A stretch of 63,330 nt of DNA, the filler included, from Collodictyon triciliatum (taxonomy: Eukaryota), in the NCBI GenBank assembly GCA_043381765.1. It is 8 parts of 8 records of this genome, joined end to end, with 100 filler letters (N's around TTAATTAATTAA, not from the genome) between each part and the next. Parts side by side here need not be neighbours in the genome. Positions count along the whole stretch, not along the records: positions 50,977 to 59,280 come from JBHJMP010003447.1; positions 59,381 to 63,330 come from JBHJMP010003513.1; 6 more parts are not named here. The stretch is one strand, 5' to 3'. Within the stretch, counting starts at the first letter, position 1. Each line of letters begins with the position of its first letter. Both the position numbers and the translations under genes were made by a program. The notes under the pieces were generated by a model. The model saw only the letters and a program-made list of their open reading frames with translations, did no database searches and was not told the origin of the DNA. This document shows positions 54,901 to 63,330 of the stretch, piece after piece.

Positions 54901-55424
54901 TCGTAGAGCCCCTCGATGCAAGGATGAAAAAAGCCGTTCTTGATCACCACCTCGAGCTGATTCTTTTCGTCATCGACAATGTCCTTCATGCAGAGCAGTG
55001 AGGAAGTGTCCTTCGTGCTTGCCACAAACTCGTCCACGATGTCTCGGAACTTTTGAGGAAACGGCAACTTGGTGCCTTTAAACATGTCCTCCACTGTCAC
55101 AAGGTTATCGTTTAGCGAAGCCCAGGTAGCCTTCCCCCAGGTAGGGGCCTGTAGCTGTCTCAGCTGCGACAACATGTTCCCAATGTCTTTCCCGTGCACA
55201 CTGCCCTCAGAAGCCCCTTGGTCGACCTCTGCTCTTGAGATGGTCACTTCCCTCTCCAGACTCAGGTCTTCCGTCTGGAAGGACGTTGCGTTGAACGAAA
55301 GGCTGCCCGAAAGGAGTCCAGGGCTGGATGTCTGGTGCAAAAGCTGCCGTCTGATCGGTACTGATTCGTCGCTGCTCTGCGGGGCTCTGTGCATAACATG
55401 CACCGTGTCGCGGAGTTGGCTCAT
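51939..55424 (-). CDS. TKL-like protein kinase with Q/P/W-rich repeat and beta-rich (propeller-like) C-terminus
   Basis: GKGGFGEV, VVIK, HRDLSPRN, DFG, PYSPPE, SDVFSIG. A phase-0 intron (about 53721-53841) joins EQFK|HMKIDT. Start uncertain; a possible extra exon lies at 55556-55741. Confidence 0.82.
53160..53500 (-). repeat. Coding mosaic repeat of 24-bp (QPTAQPWG) and 33-bp (QPAPQQLEQYG) units
   Basis: Near-identical DNA units CCCATGGCTGTGCA.. and CCATATTGTTCCAATTGTTGCGGAGCTGGCTG are interspersed. Confidence 0.92.
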
Positions 55425-55985
55425 TCTTTGGCCTGGGGAGGTCGAGTTGTTGAGGACAAAGGGGCAGAAAGACACGGGTCTTTGGAGTAGGTGGGACGTA
55501 ATTTTATCCTGTCGTGGACTTTTGTATTGGATTTTCTTCCTTTCTAATTGTTAACCTCATTTTTTTGTTTTTGTTTTTTTTGTTTTAGTTCATCGTGTTC
55601 TTTTCTTATGCGTCTGTGCGAAATTATTTGGCCCGAAGAACGGGAAAGTGGATGAGTGTCTGGTGTGGGTGGATTTGTGGAAGGGCGTAAAAGTGGTGTC
55701 GTGTCACTTCGTCTTGAATTCGTGTTAGCCGCGCCACACATAGGGAATGTGACGTCACATCCATGGTTGCAAATATGACCAGTGCAAATATCATTATATA
55801 TTCATGACATAAATAATATCGTACTTTTCTTTTTCCTTTTTCCTTTTTTTTTTCTCTTTTTTTCTTTTTTTTTCTTTTTTTTTCTTTTTTTCTTTTTTTC
55901 TTTTTTCTTTGGGGGCTCCTATGAATAATATACGTTGGGTAGTGTTTTTTTTTTTCGATTTTGGGCAGGATTTAACCTTTCGCTT

Positions 55986-57066
55986 TTATTTCTCGTTAGT
56001 GAAGGACTGGGGGTATCTGTCCTGGAGCCTTGTCCTCAGAACCCTTGGATACGATTCGATTAGTGTGGGATAATGAAAGCCCTGTGTGAATTAACTGTAG
56101 GTCGCCGAAGTGATGAAAAGCTGGTAAATTTCAGTGGTTTGCCTTGTTTCTTATTTAGATGGGGAGGGGAGGGGTGAAAAGTGGGCTACAGAACACATCT
56201 TCCTTTAAAATAAAAATAAGTGTATGAAGCTTTTAGATTATATATATAATCATTCGGGAATTACCGAAGGCGTCTGTGGATATTGTCCAAGTCCCCTTTC
56301 ATCTCTTTCAACGTTTTTGTGTGTTTTTCAAAGTGCCTAAACACGCTCTCATAATTTCTTGAAGAAAGTGCATTAAAGTTTGCCAGCATCATATTCGATT
56401 GCTTCACTTCGTGCAACCTTGAAATGGATCGATAATGTTAGAGAACCTCAACATTGCATACCCATTTTGTTTTTAATTTTCCCATCATTTATTTGATAAT
56501 ATCGGTGACTTTTTGATTTCATGATTCGATGGATTGATTTTAGATAGTATTTCTCTTGATGTGTATTTCGTATCGTAAGTAACAATATGGTGAAGAGTCA
56601 CGTAGCAAACATATTATAAACAACAATTTCCAATAACATACGCTCGTATCTGAGATTCCTGGATTTCTGATATCTCGCCATGATTGATGAGGTGATAAAC
56701 TTGGCTCGAGAATCCCATAGACGCAGTTACAGCCCGAACACCCAGAGAATCCTCCTGAGAATTCTCATCCAACCTTTCATCTTGTATAGCCTCGAACATT
56801 GAGGTTGTCTGTTGTGAATCGGCCTCGGTGGCTTTGTCTTCCGCTTCTGCTCCCTGCTTTGCCGGCGCCTCGTATCCATCTTGATCTGCACTCTCTTTTT
56901 CCATATGGGCAGACGATCCTCCAATCTCACCAAATCCTTGCACGCCCTCCTCATTTACTTGTTCTGTGGGGGGTCTTTCAATCCCTGATTTCTGAGAAAC
57001 GAACAGTTCGTCGAGACTCTCCGCCAGAGATTCTGGCGCGACCGCTGCCCCGTTGCTGATGTCCAT
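55986..57066 (-). CDS. KXD1: KxDL-motif protein (BORC subunit KXD1), three exons
   Basis: IQESQIRA|LHEVKQSNMMLANFNALS..HTKTLKEMKGDLDNIHRRLR|VLRTRLQDRYPQSF; acidic N-terminal extension; start lies next to an N gap. Confidence 0.85.
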
Positions 57067-57713
57067 CGAAAGGGTTTTCTATTGATGGAGATCGGTTCTN
57101 NNNNNNNNNNNNNNNNNNNNNNNNNNNNNNNNNNNNNNNNNNNNNNNNNNNNNNNNNNNNNNNNNNNNNNNNNNNNNNNNNNNNNNNNNNNNNNNNNNNN
57201 NNNNNNNNNNNNNNNNNNNNNNNNNNNNNNNNNNNNNNNNNNNNNNNNNNNTTTTTTTATTTTGTTACTTTTTTGTTACTTTTGTTATTATAGTGATATA
57301 ATAAATCATAGATCAAACCCGACTGGTTGTGCTTCACCAATCAACCATCACACAAATATTGACTGCTATAATCACTTCCTGTGCACTTATTACTTCATCA
57401 GTTGTAACACTATATTTTTTTCCATGTTTTTAAATTATACAGCGACACATTTGAGGATTAGATAGAGTTTATATTTAAATTCCGCAATAGAAAATGCCCC
57501 AGATTTGAACATTTGAGCACTTGAACACGTCGGCAACATCATTTCTTCCACGCAGCAAACGAAACCCTCCTTCCGCAACCAATGCATTCCTGATCGCGAA
57601 ACAGTTCCCCAAAGCCACACAGCAAAGCCGCCGTTATCGGCGCCGACAAAGACCTCGGACGATCACAAGCCAGTGGGACTTAACGCGCACTAAATCACAA
57701 AAGCCCCATAGGA

Positions 57714-58015
57714 ATGTGTGCTCAACGCAGCCGCGCAGACGAGTCTGCTCGAGAGGAGGAGGGAGAGGATCAGGAAGAGGCCGGACCGCTTTCAGTCCAG
57801 AAGCTCGAGGTTTGCAGTTTAGTCCCGACCCCTGTGGCACAGGATGACTCGAATAATTTTTCATTTTATCCTTGGTTTCTGTTCTTTTATTTTCCTTCAA
57901 AAACATGATGCTTGAGCCATAAGTAAATCTTCTTTTATCCACCATTTCGAAAGGGATAATACATAAATAACAACTCTCATGCGAGTCAGTGGCGAGTTGA
58001 TTACTATTAATATCA

Positions 58016-58089
<74 letters not shown>

Positions 58090-59128
58090 ACTTTAAGCTT
58101 TAGTCATAGTTTGACTTTGACTCTTACATTTTTATATTTACTCTGATTTGTTAAAATACTTACATTAAAAAAAAAAAAGAAGTCAACTGCGTATAACAAA
58201 TAAAATATAGTATCAATTGGCAACTACATTTTACAGAGCTGAAGGCTTTTGACCAACCATCTCGTCCTTCTCTAAGATTTTCTACTCCTTGAACCAAAGT
58301 GTCATCGACAAAGTCCTTACTCCTAATGCATGAAAGCCAGATACTACAATATCCTAACAATACCACATCACATTGCCGCTTCCATATAGCAAGTTGGCAT
58401 CAGCGCCGTAGATGTTAAAAAACTGCAAGAAGCTGGGTTTCACACAGTAGAAAGTGTCGCCTATTCCACGAAACGAACTCTTCAGAATGTGAAAGGAATT
58501 AGCGAAGCCAAGGCAGATAAGATCATGGCTGAGGCAGCAAAGCTTGTTCCGATGGGATTTATTACTGCCACTGCTTTCCATCAGAAAAGATCTGAAATCA
58601 TCTACATCACCACCGGCTCAAAGGAATTAGACAAGTTATTGGGCGGAGGGATGGAAACAGGCTCCATCACAGAGTTATTCGGAGAGTTTCGCACTGGGAA
58701 GACTCAAATATGTCATACTTTATGCGTCACTTGTCAGGTGACTAAGCCATATGAATGAATGGTAGAAAGAACAGATAGCCTTTGGGTGATTTGTAAACCT
58801 GTAAATCTACACCATATGTACATATACATATATAGCTTTATTCGATTGATGATGACCGAACAAAGAACTCAATATCGTATTTTGATTCTTATTAATCATT
58901 TTTACTTGTACCTTCAAAGTTACCTCTTGACCGCGGTGGAGCCGAGGGGAAAGCCATGTATATAGACACAGAAGGAACATTCCGGCCTGAGAGGCTCATC
59001 TCCATTGCAGAGCATTACGAACTCAATGGCCAAGATGTCCTTGATAATGTAGCGTATGCGAGGGCATACAACTCCGACCATCAAAATTCACTCCTGGTTC
59101 AAGCAAGCGCTCTTATGTCAGAATCTAG
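57714..59128 (+). CDS. RAD51: RAD51 recombinase, 3'-truncated at contig edge
   Basis: [88 protein letters not shown]. Confidence 0.97.
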
Positions 59129-59176
59129 GTTCCTTTTCTTTTCTTTTCTCTTTTTTTTTTTTTTTTGAAAAAAAAA

Positions 59177-59215
<39 letters not shown>

Positions 59216-59226
59216 TTTTTTTTTTT

Positions 59227-59280
<54 letters not shown>

Positions 59281-59391
59281 NNNNNNNNNNNNNNNNNNNN
59301 NNNNNNNNNNNNNNNNNNNNNNNNTTAATTAATTAANNNNNNNNNNNNNNNNNNNNNNNNNNNNNNNNNNNNNNNNNNNNCCCCTTTTCTG

Positions 59392-59426
<35 letters not shown>

Positions 59427-59555
59427 AGCAAAGGATCAGAAGCAAAGCAGAAATCGATTTTCGCGTCTCCGAACCAAGTCAGACATCACCGATCTGCATA
59501 TCATCCTTTCTGAAAATCTAAATCAAAATCAAAGCAACGACAGGAAAGGCCTTCG

Positions 59556-62500
59556 ATGTCGAACGTGTAAGTTTTCTGTTTTCATAGAAGACAGCTCAAT
59601 GCTATTGATGTTTATTTATTCAATTATCTCTTATATACTACAGCCAACCACGCACTGCCACACTACGCAATAACAGTCACTCAATTAATGATAACTTGCA
59701 CAGGACTTACAATCAGTTATGGAAGGAAACAATGATCGACCTTGCGGATCAGTTGGAGGCCGACGCCGCTGCAGAGACAGAAATATCCCTTCGTGGACCT
59801 GTTTGTTCTTTCGATTCATTTCTCTTGCAGTTGCTCTCGATGTAACTTCACAGAACTTTGGATCCCAAATGACTCATAGCCTGATATTTCCTTCACTTTC
59901 TATTTGCATATGATTGTCTATAGTTTGATCACATTTTACTTGGGGTATTATGAAATACAAGCCGTATTTTTTATCTCAGTATTATTTAACGTAGTGCCTT
60001 ATATCCAAATAATTTTGTCCTCATGGCTACTTAATCAGTGCATGTGATCAAATTACGAAAATATTGTCATGATAAAATTAATTACTGCAGGAAAGCCAAG
60101 TTGCGCGCAACATGGAGGAGATATACAAGAAGCATGCGTTGAATTATGTCAAGTATATTGAAGTCTACAGGCGCATGGAAGATGTATACGACCAGATGGT
60201 GCATCCACAAAAGAAGAGGGACATTAAGCTCACACTAGAATCAGTGATTGGTCGTATACTCGAGTTACATGATGTTTGTTATTGAGTCTACATACTTTCC
60301 TCGAAACACCACAATATCTAAAAGCGACTATCAGCAATTTATAGAGTCATATTTATTCGTGATTAGCAAGCAGAAGATGGAATCTCTGATTAAGAAAATA
60401 TTATCGTTACTATCACACCACAGATTCTTGTTCAGTATCAGAAAACCGATTTTTTGGATCTGGAAGACATTCTGCTTGACCTGAAACTTAACAATGTTTT
60501 TATTATATTTATTTATTATCACAGCAAATCAATTTCCCCACTTTCAGGAAATTGTCACAACTCTGTCAAAAAAGAAGGGACTATTTACTCATAATGAATA
60601 ACAGAATGCACTTGAAATCCCTGTTCCTCGCTTCTTTGTGGATGACAGAAAAATCGACCTTGAAGAACGGGAGAAGATGCTTGTAAGTATAAGAATGCAT
60701 TATCCAAGATAGCTAATGATCAGTTTTCTTTCGATGATTCGGAGCTCGTCGATGTGAGCGATTTAATGAAACTAGCCTTAGTGTTCTATTTTGATTCCTC
60801 AAATACGCCGATTACGGTTCTATAAAATCATGTCACATCAACTTTTACAGAACGCACTGATTGAACAATACCACGGAACCAAAGAAGAGCAAGACGATGG
60901 AGAGGGAGACGAGTTCGCCATGACATTGGTACGCACTGTACATTTGGGCAACGACCCACTTCTTAACGATGCAATGTTTTATTCATCCGATTACCTACAT
61001 TTATGAAGGATGAGGCTATTCAAATAATCCAAGCAAATGAGAGGGGCAAACAAGCTAGACAGAAGGCTCGTCTCCTCCGCGAAATCAAGTATCATAAAAG
61101 ACTTTTGCATTTTCATTTTTCTTATTCTTAGTGAGCCCGTGACGCACAAAAAATAATAATAATTAAATCTCAACACTATATGAAAGTCTTAATCAAATTA
61201 AACTGTAGACAAAGAGAAATTAAGCAGAGACAGGCCTTGGAGTACGGAGAGGAAGAGGCTGATTTAGAAGCTGCGGCAGTCACTATCCAAAGAATGTAAA
61301 CACAAAAGTCAAACCAAACATGGAAAAAAAAAGAAGGAAAAATAGCTTTGATACATTTTTTATTTCTTAAAACTTATTTGTGTCCTTTTATTTCCTTTAC
61401 CAGCATATAGTAGCGATCAATTTCTTCTTACCGACACTGATGTAATTTCAATCTTATATATCGTAGTTATCGTGGATTTGCCGCTCGGCTAACGGTTAAT
61501 CATATGAGAGATCAAGAAGCCGAATTTATTGGTTGATTTAAGATTTACTCTTACTAAACCTAAACATGATTTCTTATGCATTCATAAAATACCAATCATT
61601 TCATTCATTTATTTACGTACTTCTCATTTCTATGTTCGATTAAAGTTCATATTCTTACTATAATATCATCCCCCCCTTTATTCGATCCAAAGATCTTATT
61701 ATACTATCATAAAATAGGGATGGCACCATCTTTTGATTCATATGAAAGCAACAAAACCAAGCTATTGAATACCCGAAAGCTGCACAAAAAAATTCAGAAT
61801 CAAAACGAGCAGGAATACCAACAGGCTCTTGTTTCAATCAAACAAAAGTAATAAGAATATCCAGTACTTTTTTTCTGCTCATATTCTTATTCTAAAATGA
61901 CTAGATTAAAATCGAAGCTTCCATCTAATGAATGCATGTGTAACCATACTCCAGACTATTCGAAAACGAAGGACCTGATATGCGAGACCAAATGGAGGAA
62001 GAGATTCGACAATGGATTCTAACCTATCGTGAAGAAAACGGAAAATATCCTTTGAAAACATATATCTTCATTTCCCCTCACAATTACTAGTCCTATGTTC
62101 TAAATCCGTGGAATACCTTTCTAATGAAGTGAGTCCGGTAAACCACAGAAATCCCCATATTCCTTAACAAGACTACGTTTCCTGATTATCCAACAGAAGA
62201 GCAAGGTGGTTCCGCGATTCTAAAAAATCCACCACCTGTTGAAGTTATCGAGGAAGGTAATGCAAATCCGTCTGTCATGAACAGAATAAACGAAGAGTAT
62301 ATTGTAAAGCGTTTACGTATCATGCCGTATTTGAACAAGTAGCACTCATTCCATACTTGAATGAAAACCTGTCCTCAAATCAACCAGATAAAGAAAAGAA
62401 AAAGGGTAGTGGAAAAGGAGGCAAGTCTGGTTCTGGCCCACCGAAAAGCGCCGGGTCTGCACCTCCAAAAAGTGCTGGGTCATCTCCACCAAAAAATGGG

Positions 62501-63062
62501 AAAGGCGGCAAAGGAAAAGGAGGCAAAGGAAAAGGAAAGGTAAGCTTCCTTTATTCTTCCATGACACCGCATTTTCTTAATTCACTACCTCCTATGGTCT
62601 AGTTGGTTCATTTTACTATTTTATATGAATAATTATCTTCAAGTCATTTGAATTTGAATCTAATAGTATAAAAATATTAAAAGCATTTGTGCTCCCCATT
62701 CAACCATTATTTTTCAATATCCTGTGGGTTTATCTTATTATTCCAAGATAAATATCTTCATCTGTGTGTGTATCTTATGGATGTCATATCGACTTTATAG
62801 GACGAGGCTTTGCCTCAGAAAATGAAATTACCAGACTCTCAGCATACACAACTTATTAAAGAAGGGTAAATTAAATACATTGAAAGGGAAAAACCTCTAC
62901 TATACGATATATCTGTTTGCTTTATTCACAGAAATATGACAACACCTCAGGCACTCACAATATGCGAATGTATGGAAGGACCGCGATGAAGTTACTAACT
63001 TTGCCCAAAAGTACGATGGCGAATTAGTGAAAGAGATGCTCCGACCTGACGTTGAAGTTGAG
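59556..63062 (+). CDS. IQCA1: IQ and AAA domain protein IQCA1/DRC11-like, N-terminal part; continues beyond the window
   Basis: MSNVTYNQLW, EDVYDQMVHPQKKRDI..VIGRILEL, LEDILLDLKL..LEIPVPRFF, IQANERGKQAR, IQRI/YRGF, EGPDM..IRQWI..GKFPDYP..GGS. Confidence 0.88.
62045..62176 (+). other. U12-type AT-AC intron in IQCA1
   Basis: Consensus 5' ATATCCTTT, branch site TTCCTTAAC 62160-62168 and 3' AC. Removal restores ENGK-FPDYP. Confidence 0.95.
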
Positions 63063-63330
63063 GTATATTTTGTCTTTGAACAGCTCTGATTTTTGCTGAA
63101 TAATATTTGCTACATCGCTCCTGTTTATAAGAGAAATTCTTGCGTCTTAAACCATGACCAAATCATGCCTCACGAGTGTCAAATATTTTCAAAAAATTGT
63201 ATATTTTGAATGATTTTACATTGGTTGGGATACTTTGTTTGCATTTGCAGTTGCACTTGCATCCCCCCCCCCCCCCCCCCCCCCCCTCTTTTTTCTTTTT
63301 TTCTTATGCTAACAATATTTTTTTTTTTTT

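Overview
Intron-rich, AT-rich eukaryotic (protist-like) DNA in the standard genetic code. The window is not one locus: it is eight contigs, the complete ones about 8.3-8.4 kb, joined by artificial 100-bp spacers (44 N + TTAATTAATTAA + 44 N), so adjacency across spacers means nothing. Housekeeping genes recognised: AP-4 beta subunit, IFRD-family protein, AcpS-type phosphopantetheinyl transferase, a Myb protein, a Jupiter/HN1/SPIRAL1-like protein, a diaphanous-type formin, Mot1/BTAF1, intron-containing tRNA-Tyr, KXD1, RAD51 and IQCA1/DRC11. Most notable observations: (1) a candidate diversifying LRR immune-receptor family, made of a Roco protein with LRRs at both ends (LRR-Roc-COR-non-RD kinase-SAM-like x2-LRR), built from 69-bp phase-0 one-repeat exons, plus an LRR-only paralogue with the same exon plan, a recently amplified 8x69-bp array and a shared unannotated 'LPCW' module; (2) a decayed intronless Fanzor1 RNA-guided nuclease with a structured putative omega-RNA just upstream of AP4B1; (3) two AT-AC minor-spliceosome introns; (4) a candidate dynein-activating adaptor (CC1 box, coiled coil, Spindly-like motif) fused to a PX domain; (5) a kinase with a WG/Q-rich repeat and a beta-rich tail. 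All gene models were built by eye and no database search was run.
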